IMG/VR virus record: IMGVR_UViG_3300020403_004398
Span: 1-64,000 of that record
Source of the DNA: a virus
Taxonomy: Duplodnaviria > Caudoviricetes
Length of the DNA: 64,000 bases
Direction: 5' to 3' (one strand)
The notes under the pieces: model-generated
What the model saw: only the letters and a program-made list of their open reading frames with translations
What the model was told of the DNA's origin: nothing
Database searches by the model: none
Position numbers and translations under genes: made by a program
In this document: piece by piece, positions 1 through 8,277 of the stretch
Numbering within the stretch: position 1 is the stretch's first letter
Layout of the letters: every line of letters begins with the position of its first letter

Positions 1-52
1 GAGCATCCGGCTCATAACCGGCAGGTTCGCGGTTCAAGTCCGCGGAGGCCCA
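1..52 (+). tRNA. tRNA-Ile2 (CAU anticodon, lysidine type), 5' end cut by the window edge
   Basis: Anticodon arm CCGG-CTCATAA-CCGG with CAT at 13-15. T arm CGCGG-TTCAAGT-CCGCG at 28-44. Acceptor 3' strand GAGGCCC plus discriminator A52, followed by CTA rather than CCA. C70/G69 fits Ile2 better than Met. Confidence 0.85.
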
Positions 53-80
53 CTAAAATATAAGACAAAGGAGAAAACAG

Positions 81-257
81 ATGATTGTAGAAAAGTTAAA
101 AAATATTTTAGAAAAACTTTGTGAAGCAGAGGTGGACGCTCAAAAATGCGAGTCAGGAAATGCATCTGCTGGCCGAAGGCTTCGCAAGGTTTCAATGGAG
201 ACTATTAAAGAGTTGAAAGATCTCCGCGCCGCAGTACTAGAACAAACAAGGAAATAA
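81..257 (+). CDS. Histone H1-like protein Hc1 family, 58 aa (not in the ORF track)
   Basis: Manual translation MIVEKLKNILEKLCEAEVDAQKCESGNASAGRRLRKVSMETIKELKDLRAAVLEQTRK. AAGGAG SD upstream. The DA.K...GN.SAG.R.RK pattern resembles the Hc1 family. Confidence 0.7.
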   Translation: MIVEKLKNILEKLCEAEVDAQKCESGNASAGRRLRKVSMETIKELKDLRAAVLEQTRK

Positions 258-258
258 C

Positions 259-894
259 ATGAGAGATTCTTTTTGGGGAACCATGGACCCGGACTCTACT
301 GCTCCACTAACACCACATCAGGTGGCTAGCGAATCAAGAGCCAGCTCGTCGAAAGACAATAATGTCGTAGAAATGAGTCACAACAGGATATATTTCTATT
401 CGGGCGTAACTCGCCCAAAGATATTGCAACTAAATAAGAATATTTTTTCTTTAAATACTAATTTGCTTGCCAAATCTGTGCCACTAGAATACACGCCACC
501 ACCAATTAAAATACATATTAATAGTTACGGTGGTTCTGTCTTCGCCGGTCTTGCTGCGGTTGACTATATAAAAGGATCAAAAATTCCAGTACATACAATA
601 ATTGACGGCTGCGCAGCTTCAGCTGCTACTTTGATCTCTTGCGTAGCGGAGAGAAGATATATGCATAGGAACGCCTGTATGTTGGTACACCAACTATCAG
701 GTCTCATGTGGGGAAAGTTTGAAGAAATGAAAGATGATATGCAAAATTCAGAAATGTTAATGAAGAAGATAAAATCTATATATAAAGAACACACTAAAAT
801 TCCACAAAGAGAACTGGACAAAATTTTAAAACACGACCTCTGGTGGGAGGCTGAAAAGTGTTTAGAATATGGCTTAGTTGATGAAATTTTATAG
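259..894 (+). CDS. clpP: ClpP-like protease subunit
   Basis: Motifs HINSYGGSVFAG, GCAASAATLI (catalytic Ser), MLVHQLS (His), HDLWWEAEKCLEYGLVDEI. Confidence 0.9.
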   Translation: MRDSFWGTMDPDSTAPLTPHQVASESRASSSKDNNVVEMSHNRIYFYSGVTRPKILQLNKNIFSLNTNLLAKSVPLEYTPPPIKIHINSYGGSVFAGLAAVDYIKGSKIPVHTIIDGCAASAATLISCVAERRYMHRNACMLVHQLSGLMWGKFEEMKDDMQNSEMLMKKIKSIYKEHTKIPQRELDKILKHDLWWEAEKCLEYGLVDEIL

Positions 895-1195
895 CAAACT
901 GCCTGAACCCGACGACATGACAAAAGAAAAATCCCTCAAAATCATAGAAAAGTATATAGCAAAAGATAACTTTTTGGGGTTTAGAAACCACTCAAAGTAT
1001 TCAAACGAAAAGAACACTTTTCGTTTTACTCTAATGGCCTTGAATTTTGAATTTATTCAGTCACTAGAGAAAGACCCAATGGTAAAGAAGGTTTATTGGC
1101 ACCCATCAGCTCCGCCGCCTGGTGGAGGCATGGACGGAATATCAATGAGGTACCGCGTTTACGTCAAATATCATTCAAAAGGAAAAGACAAGTGA
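878..1195 (+). CDS. Hypothetical protein
   Basis: 105 aa ORF overlapping its neighbours in operon fashion. Confidence 0.6.
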   Translation: MMKFYSKLPEPDDMTKEKSLKIIEKYIAKDNFLGFRNHSKYSNEKNTFRFTLMALNFEFIQSLEKDPMVKKVYWHPSAPPPGGGMDGISMRYRVYVKYHSKGKDK

Positions 1196-1371
1196 GCAGT
1201 TACGCTAAAAGAAGAAACAAAAAAATAAGATTAAAAAAAGAAATAGACAGCCTAAAAGAAACCCTAGAGAAAGTGTCGCAACAAGAAAAGCCCTTTTTTC
1301 AGAAAAGACTAAAAATGATACTAGATTCTAAATTAAAGGAAATGGAAAAGATTAGTGTAGATAATTTTTAA
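1192..1371 (+). CDS. Small basic coiled-coil hypothetical protein
   Basis: GTGA start/stop overlap at 1192-1195. Translation MSSYAKRRNKKIRLKKEIDSL... Confidence 0.55.
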   Translation: MSSYAKRRNKKIRLKKEIDSLKETLEKVSQQEKPFFQKRLKMILDSKLKEMEKISVDNF

Positions 1372-2108
1372 TTAGAAGAGATTAATTTTTTTCTAGCTCT
1401 TATCAAAAAAGATAGAGTTGCTTTGTAATCAGTAGCAATAGTTATATGATTGAGTCCAGGGTGCACTGCAAACAAGACACCAACAACCTTATTATTGTTT
1501 GTCATTATTGCCGAGCCGGAAGCACCCGGCGCCCCCGGCACTGTGAAGAGTGAAGAAGAGTCACTAATTTTTCCACTAAATATACCTTTAAAAATAGGAA
1601 CAGTCGGTGGGTGATAAACCCCCCAAGGCGCGCCCATGTAAAAAACTTCTTCACCAACTTTTGGGGCCCTAGTTGAAAATAATACAGGCCTAGCTTTTAA
1701 CGTTGGGACCCATAATAAACAAAGGTCTGTTTTGCCTTTTATTTTGGGGTCCAATAAAGTGAAGTGTACCACGTGAGCTTGATGTTCGACATTTTTAGAA
1801 TCGAGAACCTTTAAAGTCTGTATACTGTGATCCACATGTTTTGGTAATTCGGCATGGCAAACGTGACCTGCTGTCAATACAGTTGGTTCTTTTAGTCCTA
1901 GGTTTATCGCAATACCACTACCAGTAGAACGAAAGCCTCCTGTCGGACATTTTTTTTGATTCTTTTTGCAACTTGTAATTTTTACATCAAGAAAAACTTT
2001 TACGAAACTGGAAACAGGAGGGGTAATTCTAGTGCTATTTTGGGAAACTGTGCACCCATAATTTAAAATTAGGAATAATATCAATAAAATGTTACTTTTT
2101 TTGATCAT
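1368..2108 (-). CDS. Trypsin-like (S1) serine protease with signal peptide, possible lipoprotein
   Basis: Catalytic triad motifs TAGHVC, DLCLL and GASGSAI. Hydrophobic N-terminus ILLILFLILNYGC. Confidence 0.9.
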   Translation of the reverse strand: MIKKSNILLILFLILNYGCTVSQNSTRITPPVSSFVKVFLDVKITSCKKNQKKCPTGGFRSTGSGIAINLGLKEPTVLTAGHVCHAELPKHVDHSIQTLKVLDSKNVEHQAHVVHFTLLDPKIKGKTDLCLLWVPTLKARPVLFSTRAPKVGEEVFYMGAPWGVYHPPTVPIFKGIFSGKISDSSSLFTVPGAPGASGSAIMTNNNKVVGVLFAVHPGLNHITIATDYKATLSFLIRARKKLISSN

Positions 2109-2158
2109 ATATTATAAATATATTATAAAATTGCTTTTATATAAAGGAGAAACAAAAA

Positions 2159-2338
2159 ATGACTGAAGTATTCGCAATACTTTTTTACTTTCAGGTCACA
2201 TCGCTGATACCATTAGACGAAATAAAAAATAAGCAAATTGGTGTTTTGCCGCGGCAACTAGAGCAAACATGCAGCAAATTATACCCTTTTAAAAAGATAC
2301 CGACCCCTTGGATAAAAATAGATAAAAATTCTAATTAA
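2159..2338 (+). CDS. Small hypothetical protein, 59 aa (not in the ORF track)
   Basis: AAGGAG SD, then ATG. Translation MTEVFAILFYFQVTSLIPLDEIKNKQ...IDKNSN, stop TAA. Confidence 0.5.
   Translation: MTEVFAILFYFQVTSLIPLDEIKNKQIGVLPRQLEQTCSKLYPFKKIPTPWIKIDKNSN
2331..2337 (+). promoter_or_regulatory. CTAHTTA motif (CTAATTA), candidate phage-sigma promoter
   Basis: Same 7-mer recurs upstream of several gene starts; here 41 nt before phoH. Confidence 0.35.
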
Positions 2339-2378
2339 TAATGTTATTATATAATAAATTTACGAAAAGGACATTGAT

Positions 2379-3698
2379 TTGGCAAAAAAAACATATGTTT
2401 TAGATACTAGTGTTTATTTGACTGACGCTAATTGTATAACTTGTTTTCAAAATAACGACATTGTTATACCGTTAAAAGTTTTAGAAGAAATAGACAAGCA
2501 TAAAAAAAGACAAGACTCGGTGGGTTCCCAGGCTCGCTCTATAATAAGAAAACTAGACGATCTAAGAACAAGAGGAAGTCTCTCAAGGGGAGTTCGAATA
2601 GAGAAAGGAATGGGAATTTTAAAGGTCTCATCTTATAATCCACTGTGTTTACCTGATGACCTTGATATGGAGGACTCCGACAACCAAATAATCGCAACAG
2701 CTCTTTCTGAACAGGAAGTAGCGCCCAAAAGTAGAAAAGTAGTGGTTGTCTCTCGTGATATTAACATGAGAGTAAAATGCGACGCCCTAGGTCTTTTAAC
2801 AGAGGACTATAACGCAGAGCAAGTAGTTGATAAAGCCGATGGGCTATACACAGGACTATCAAAAATATTAGTTGACGAGCAGATTATTGATAAGTTCTAT
2901 TCCGGTGATGATGTTTTTCTCAATCAGGAGGACCATCCGATTTTGTATCCAAATCAATTTATTATGTTAATATCTAATTCAAACGATAAGAAAACAGCAT
3001 TGGCCCGGTTTGTTGAATTTTGCCTACCATTAAACAAAGTAACAAAAATTTCAGCAGGAGTTTGGAAAACACAACCCCGCAACAAAGAGCAGCAGTTTGC
3101 TCTTGACTTGTTGATGGATCCAAAAATTCCGGTAGTTACGCTCGTCGGCCGAGCTGGTTCTGGTAAAACATTATTAGCATTAGCTTCTGGTTTGGAGCAG
3201 ACGTTTGGATCTGAGTCCCTTTATAAAAAGATAGTCGTAACAAAGCCAGTAGAACCAGTGGGTAAAGATATTGGTTTTCTACCTGGCTCTATGGAAGATA
3301 AAATGTTGCCTTGGCTAGCGCCAATACAAGATAACTTGCAATTTCTTATGGGAGATGACAAATCAACTTTAGAATTGTACATGGAAAAAGGACAGATTGA
3401 AGTCGAAGCAATGACCTTTATCAGAGGTAGATCAATATCAAATGCTTTTATAGTTATAGACGAGGTTCAAAACATGACACAGCATGAAATAAAAACAGTG
3501 CTCACCAGAGTTGGGGAAGGTACAAAAATAGTATTAACAGGTGATATTGAACAAATTGATAATGTTTATATTGACGCTACCAATAATGGCCTTTCATATG
3601 TTGTGGAAAGATTAAAAGAAGAAACAATTTCCGGCCACATAACTTTATTGAGAGGAGAAAGATCGAAGGTGGCAACGATCGCAGCGACAAAATTATAA
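2379..3698 (+). CDS. phoH: PIN domain plus PhoH ATPase fusion (PhoH2/PhoL type)
   Basis: PIN motifs YVLDTS, VLEEIDKHK, DNQII, SRDINMR. Walker A GRAGSGKT, RGRS, IDEVQN, GDIEQID. TTG start with AAGGA SD. Confidence 0.92.
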   Translation: MAKKTYVLDTSVYLTDANCITCFQNNDIVIPLKVLEEIDKHKKRQDSVGSQARSIIRKLDDLRTRGSLSRGVRIEKGMGILKVSSYNPLCLPDDLDMEDSDNQIIATALSEQEVAPKSRKVVVVSRDINMRVKCDALGLLTEDYNAEQVVDKADGLYTGLSKILVDEQIIDKFYSGDDVFLNQEDHPILYPNQFIMLISNSNDKKTALARFVEFCLPLNKVTKISAGVWKTQPRNKEQQFALDLLMDPKIPVVTLVGRAGSGKTLLALASGLEQTFGSESLYKKIVVTKPVEPVGKDIGFLPGSMEDKMLPWLAPIQDNLQFLMGDDKSTLELYMEKGQIEVEAMTFIRGRSISNAFIVIDEVQNMTQHEIKTVLTRVGEGTKIVLTGDIEQIDNVYIDATNNGLSYVVERLKEETISGHITLLRGERSKVATIAATKL

Positions 3699-3699
3699 A

Positions 3700-3984
3700 A
3701 TGAAAAATGAAGATTTAACAAAATCAGTGAACTCAGACGAATCAGGTCTTAAAAATATAATAGTCAATTATGTAGGAAACACATTAAATCCTGAAAGTGA
3801 TGAAATCACAGTAGAACAAGTAATAGAGGTTTTCGCAGAAGACTTTCCAGAATTTTTGCTAGTTGTAGCAGAGGAGAACTGGATAAATGGCTACACTCAG
3901 GCTTTAAAAGACACCGAGTATTTAGAGAAAGAAAATAAAAGTAAAAATGACCCTGAAGAAGTACATACAAAACAAGAAGGTTGA
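3700..3984 (+). CDS. Hypothetical protein
   Basis: Acidic 94 aa ORF starting 1 nt after the phoH stop. Confidence 0.65.
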   Translation: MKNEDLTKSVNSDESGLKNIIVNYVGNTLNPESDEITVEQVIEVFAEDFPEFLLVVAEENWINGYTQALKDTEYLEKENKSKNDPEEVHTKQEG

Positions 3985-4612
3985 TAATTTTACAATTTCC
4001 GGAATACAAGTTTTTGTAAAAGATCAGATTACAAACGAGATATCCGCCAAAGCTGTCTTAAATAAGTTGCTTAAGATGGTGCCTTCGCACCTTTTGAGAA
4101 ACGTTGAGTCGATATATATTGGAAGTTTTAAGACTCTAGAAGATAAAGACTTGCAAGCAATGTATGAGAATTCTTCAATTTTTGTTACAAACGAACAGAC
4201 CGATGAACAAGACATGTTAGACGATCTTGTGCATGAGGTAGCACACTCAGTGGAAGAAATGTATAAAATTGAACTTTATCAAGACAAACAAATTGAAAAA
4301 GAATTTTTAATAAAAAGAAAGCAATTGTGGGAAGAATTAAATAGAGAAGGCCTGGCCGCAGATCTAAATTACTTTCTAGAAGTAGAGTATAGCAGAGTTT
4401 TTGATGAATATCTGTACATGCAGATTGGATACCCAACGTTATCAATGGCAACAACAAATATATTTTACTCGCCTTATGCTGCAACATCTTTAAGAGAATA
4501 CTTTGCTAATGGATTTGAGGCTTTTTTTATGAAAGAGGATATTAATCGCCTTAAGATATTGAGCCCAAATCTTTTTAAAAAAATAATTAAATTGTTGGAG
4601 AAACCAGAGTGA
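3947..4612 (+). CDS. Zincin-like metallopeptidase (HExxH...E)
   Basis: LVHEVAHSVE plus downstream REYFANGFEAFF, an ATLF/Pro-Pro endopeptidase-like arrangement. Confidence 0.65.
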   Translation: MTLKKYIQNKKVDNFTISGIQVFVKDQITNEISAKAVLNKLLKMVPSHLLRNVESIYIGSFKTLEDKDLQAMYENSSIFVTNEQTDEQDMLDDLVHEVAHSVEEMYKIELYQDKQIEKEFLIKRKQLWEELNREGLAADLNYFLEVEYSRVFDEYLYMQIGYPTLSMATTNIFYSPYAATSLREYFANGFEAFFMKEDINRLKILSPNLFKKIIKLLEKPE

Positions 4613-4929
4613 ATGAAGAAGAAATAATTAAAGATGTAAAAATAGTAAAAGACGAAATAATAATCACAATAACACTAAAATATAGAAAATATTCTATAGA
4701 ACCTTGGATAATTTTTGATAAGACAAAGATAGTAGATCTAATACCTGATAAATATAAGGGCAAAGTCTCTTTAATTTCTGCACCCGATAAAATCGTATCA
4801 AATTTAAGGAATTCCCCAAACAAGTATGTTAATCCTGGTGTTTGGCGCTTTAAGATAAATAAAGCAACTAGAAGTAGAAAAACGACCAAGCCTCAAAAGC
4901 CACTTGACAAAAAAGACAATACCAAGTAA
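4609..4929 (+). CDS. Hypothetical protein
   Basis: GTGA overlap with the previous gene; 106 aa. Confidence 0.6.
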   Translation: MNEEEIIKDVKIVKDEIIITITLKYRKYSIEPWIIFDKTKIVDLIPDKYKGKVSLISAPDKIVSNLRNSPNKYVNPGVWRFKINKATRSRKTTKPQKPLDKKDNTK

Positions 4930-4932
4930 TAT
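4904..4932 (+). promoter_or_regulatory. Sigma70-type promoter
   Basis: TTGACA (4904-4909), 17 bp spacer, TAATAT (4927-4932). A perfect TATAAT also lies at 4930-4935. Confidence 0.7.
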
Positions 4933-4952
4933 AATATAAAAGAAAAGAAAAT

Positions 4953-5735
4953 ATGAACGAAATAAAAAGAATCAGTTTTTCGGAATTGAAAAACTGGAAA
5001 GAGTGTCCTTACAGGCACAAGCTTATTTATGTAGATAAGATTCCCTACTTTTCAGGGAATGAATTTACTGCATTCGGAACGGCTATTCATACAGCATGTG
5101 AACATATATTGCCAAACCCAGAAACTAACGCGTTAAAAGTCTTTGAAGAAGTTTTTCTTGAAGAGCTGAGGATACTAAAAAACGAAGGCTTCACTTTAAA
5201 TAACCAGCTTGTGACAGCCATGCGTCAACAAGCTATTCCAATTTGTGAACAAATCCTTCCTTCTGTAAAAAAGTATTTTAATAATTTTGAAATTTTTTCA
5301 ATAGAAGAAGAGTTGATGGAAGATATGTCCGATATTGAATCGTACGGAAAAAAGTTTAAAGGCTTTATAGATCTTGTTATAAAAACTCCTGATGGAAAAT
5401 ACCACATAATAGATTGGAAAACGTGTTCTTGGGGCTGGAATCAACAAAAGAAAAGCGACCAAATGACAACTAATCAGCTAACTTACTACAAGAACTACTT
5501 CTCAAAAAAACACAACATCGAGACTTCAAAAATTGAAACTTATTTTGCCCTGTTGAAAAGGACAGCAAAAAAAGAAAATGTAGAAATATTTAAAACACTT
5601 TCGGGCGAAAGAAAAACCAAAAATGCTTTAAAAGTTTTGCAAAATGCTGTTATAAATATTGAAAGAGGAGTCAAAATAAAAAATAGACTTTCTTGCAAAT
5701 ACTGCAAATTTCACAACACAGAGCACTGCACATGA
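4953..5735 (+). CDS. PD-(D/E)XK nuclease, Cas4/AddB-like with Fe-S staple
   Basis: N-terminal CPYRHK, core KGFIDLV...IIDWKT, QLTYY, C-terminal CKYCKFHNTEHC. Confidence 0.85.
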   Translation: MNEIKRISFSELKNWKECPYRHKLIYVDKIPYFSGNEFTAFGTAIHTACEHILPNPETNALKVFEEVFLEELRILKNEGFTLNNQLVTAMRQQAIPICEQILPSVKKYFNNFEIFSIEEELMEDMSDIESYGKKFKGFIDLVIKTPDGKYHIIDWKTCSWGWNQQKKSDQMTTNQLTYYKNYFSKKHNIETSKIETYFALLKRTAKKENVEIFKTLSGERKTKNALKVLQNAVINIERGVKIKNRLSCKYCKFHNTEHCT

Positions 5736-6994
5736 CCGAAATAAAACAAAAAAAAAGAATTTTAGTAATAGCCGATAGCCCCCTTGCTCCATCTGGAGTA
5801 GGTACTCAGACCCGCTACATGATTGAATCTATGCTGCGCACAGGAGAGTTCTCTTTTGTTTGCCTCGCCGGCGCCATAAGACACGAGAACTACACTCCAA
5901 TGCATGTTGAACCATACAAGGAAGATTGGGTTATTCACCCTGTAGATGGATATGGCGACCCGCAAATTGTAAGAAATATGATAATTCAGTATAAACCTGA
6001 TGCACTGTGGTTTATGACTGACCCTAGATTTTATGTTTGGTTATGGGATATGGAGGATGAAATAAGGCAGAATATACCAATGATTTATTATCATGTTTGG
6101 GACAATTATCCGTATCCAACATTTAATAAACTTTTTTATGATTCTAACGATGTGGTAGCCACCATTAGTAAAGTTACGGATGACATTGTTAAGACAGTAT
6201 CACCAAACGTAAAAAGCATTAGAATACCTCACACTGTCGATACCAAAGTATTTAAGAAAAGAGATCCCGAAGAAACAGAAAAGATGAAAAAGGCCATGAA
6301 CCCGGATGATAAAATGGTTTTTTTCTGGAATAATCGCAATGCAAGAAGAAAACAATCTGGAACTTTAATATTTTGGTTCAAGGAATTTTTGGATATAGTT
6401 GGTCACGACAAAGCACTGTTGTGTATGCATACGGAGCCCAGAGACCCACATGGTCAGGACCTGCAGGCGATTATAACAGAATTGGGCTTAGATAAAGGTC
6501 AAGTGTTATTTTCTACGACAAAAATGGAAGCTCTTGATTTGTCAAAAGTATATAACGTTGCAGATTGCACTATAAACATTTCAGATGCAGAAGGATTCGG
6601 ACTTGCTACTCTTGAGTCATTGGCTTGCGAAACGCCAATTATTGTAAATATGACAGGTGGCCTACAAGAGCAGGTGACAGATGGAAACCAGTGGTTTGGT
6701 ATTGGAATTGAACCATCCTCTAAAGCGGTAATAGGATCTCAAGAGGTCCCTTTTATTTACGAAGACAGGATAAGTAAACAAAACTTTTTAGATGCAATGG
6801 TCGAGTTTTTTAACAAATCAAAAGAAGAAAGAGAAGAGTTAGGTTCTGCAGGCCGCAATCACGTTTTAAAAAATTATGGTCATGCACAATTTTCAGGCCT
6901 GTGGTATCAAACATTTCAAGATGTTTTTAAAGAGTTTGGATCTTGGGATACTAGAAAAAACCACAAAAGATGGCATTTGATGGAGTTAAGATGA
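5732..6994 (+). CDS. Glycosyltransferase, GT-B/GT4-like
   Basis: DSPLAPSGVG, NRNARRK, AEGFGLATLESLACETPII. Start placed at the ATGA overlap. Confidence 0.9.
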   Translation: MTEIKQKKRILVIADSPLAPSGVGTQTRYMIESMLRTGEFSFVCLAGAIRHENYTPMHVEPYKEDWVIHPVDGYGDPQIVRNMIIQYKPDALWFMTDPRFYVWLWDMEDEIRQNIPMIYYHVWDNYPYPTFNKLFYDSNDVVATISKVTDDIVKTVSPNVKSIRIPHTVDTKVFKKRDPEETEKMKKAMNPDDKMVFFWNNRNARRKQSGTLIFWFKEFLDIVGHDKALLCMHTEPRDPHGQDLQAIITELGLDKGQVLFSTTKMEALDLSKVYNVADCTINISDAEGFGLATLESLACETPIIVNMTGGLQEQVTDGNQWFGIGIEPSSKAVIGSQEVPFIYEDRISKQNFLDAMVEFFNKSKEEREELGSAGRNHVLKNYGHAQFSGLWYQTFQDVFKEFGSWDTRKNHKRWHLMELR

Positions 6995-8274
6995 AAATAC
7001 TTTTAGAAGCACCTATATTGACACAATCTGGGTATGGGGAACATTCTCGATTAATCTTCGAGTCGTTAAAAGGCACAAACCACGAAATTTACACCAACCC
7101 ATTAAACTGGGGCAACACACCGTGGATACAGATAACTGAGCACGAAATATATAAAAATTCAATTATTGAATTTTACAAGTATGTAAATGATTGCAAACAA
7201 TCAAATCAAGAAGTTTCTTTTGATATGCAGATCCATGTAGGTATACCTAATGAATTTGAAAAGAAAGCCCCTTACTCTGTCTGCGTGACAGCAGGCATAG
7301 AAACAGACAGGGTTTCTCCGAATTGGTTAATGAAAACTCATCAGGGCATAGACAAAATTATAGTCCCGTCAGAACACTCAAAATCCGGGTTCACGTCTGT
7401 AAACTACGAAGTTGTGAATAACAGCAACAACACCAAGACCTTATTAAAGTGTAACTGCCCAATAGAAGTTGTGCCGTATCCTGTTAAACAGTTTGACGAC
7501 GTCGAACTGCAACTAGATTTAAAGACAGAGTTTAATTTTCTGTCGGTCGCCCTCTTGGGCCCAAGAAAAAATATAGAGAATTCAATTATTTGGTTTTTAC
7601 AAGAATTTAAAGATAATCCTGAAGTCGGATTAATATTAAAGACTGCAAGGTCAAAATCAAGCTTAATGGACAAGAGGTACACAAAAGATTACATAAACAG
7701 CATCCTAGACAAATATAAAGACAGTAAGTGCAAGGTCTATTTGCTGCACGGGTCGTTAACGCCCGCAGAGATGAATTGTCTTTATAACAACCCAAAAATA
7801 AAAGTTTTAATGTCGGCAACCCATGGAGAAGGCTATGGTCTTCCGCTTTTTGAAGCAGCCTATAACGCGATGCCAGTAGTGGTCACAGATTGGAGCTCTC
7901 ATCTTGATTTTTTGACAACAGAAGTTAAGCAAAAGAGTGGAAAAACAAAAGAAAGAAAACTTTTTGCAAGAGTTGACTACAACTTAGGAGAAGTGCCAAA
8001 AGAGGTCCTATGGAAAGATATCATTGTTGAAGGCTCCCGCTGGGCTTATCCTAAAGAAAGATCCTTTAAGGAGCAAATAAGAAAAGTTTATAAAGACTAT
8101 GGGATGTATAAAAAGTGGGCAAAAGTTCTTCAGTCCAAGATCGTAAAAGAATATTCAAAAGACATTGTTCTAGAAAAAATGAAAAATGCTCTCATACCAG
8201 AAAACATGAGAATAACAGAGGAAGAAATTTCAGAAGAGATAGACGAAATGTTTGCATCGCTATCAAGGGAGTAG
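6991..8274 (+). CDS. Glycosyltransferase, GT-B/GT4-like
   Basis: TQSGYG, PRKN, GEGYGLPLFEAAYNAMPVV. Confidence 0.88.
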   Translation: MKILLEAPILTQSGYGEHSRLIFESLKGTNHEIYTNPLNWGNTPWIQITEHEIYKNSIIEFYKYVNDCKQSNQEVSFDMQIHVGIPNEFEKKAPYSVCVTAGIETDRVSPNWLMKTHQGIDKIIVPSEHSKSGFTSVNYEVVNNSNNTKTLLKCNCPIEVVPYPVKQFDDVELQLDLKTEFNFLSVALLGPRKNIENSIIWFLQEFKDNPEVGLILKTARSKSSLMDKRYTKDYINSILDKYKDSKCKVYLLHGSLTPAEMNCLYNNPKIKVLMSATHGEGYGLPLFEAAYNAMPVVVTDWSSHLDFLTTEVKQKSGKTKERKLFARVDYNLGEVPKEVLWKDIIVEGSRWAYPKERSFKEQIRKVYKDYGMYKKWAKVLQSKIVKEYSKDIVLEKMKNALIPENMRITEEEISEEIDEMFASLSRE

Positions 8275-8277
8275 TTC

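Noticed and set aside
4953-5735. CRISPR-Cas system suggested by the Cas4-like gene
   Set aside because: No cas1/cas2 or other cas genes, and no repeat-spacer array anywhere in the window.
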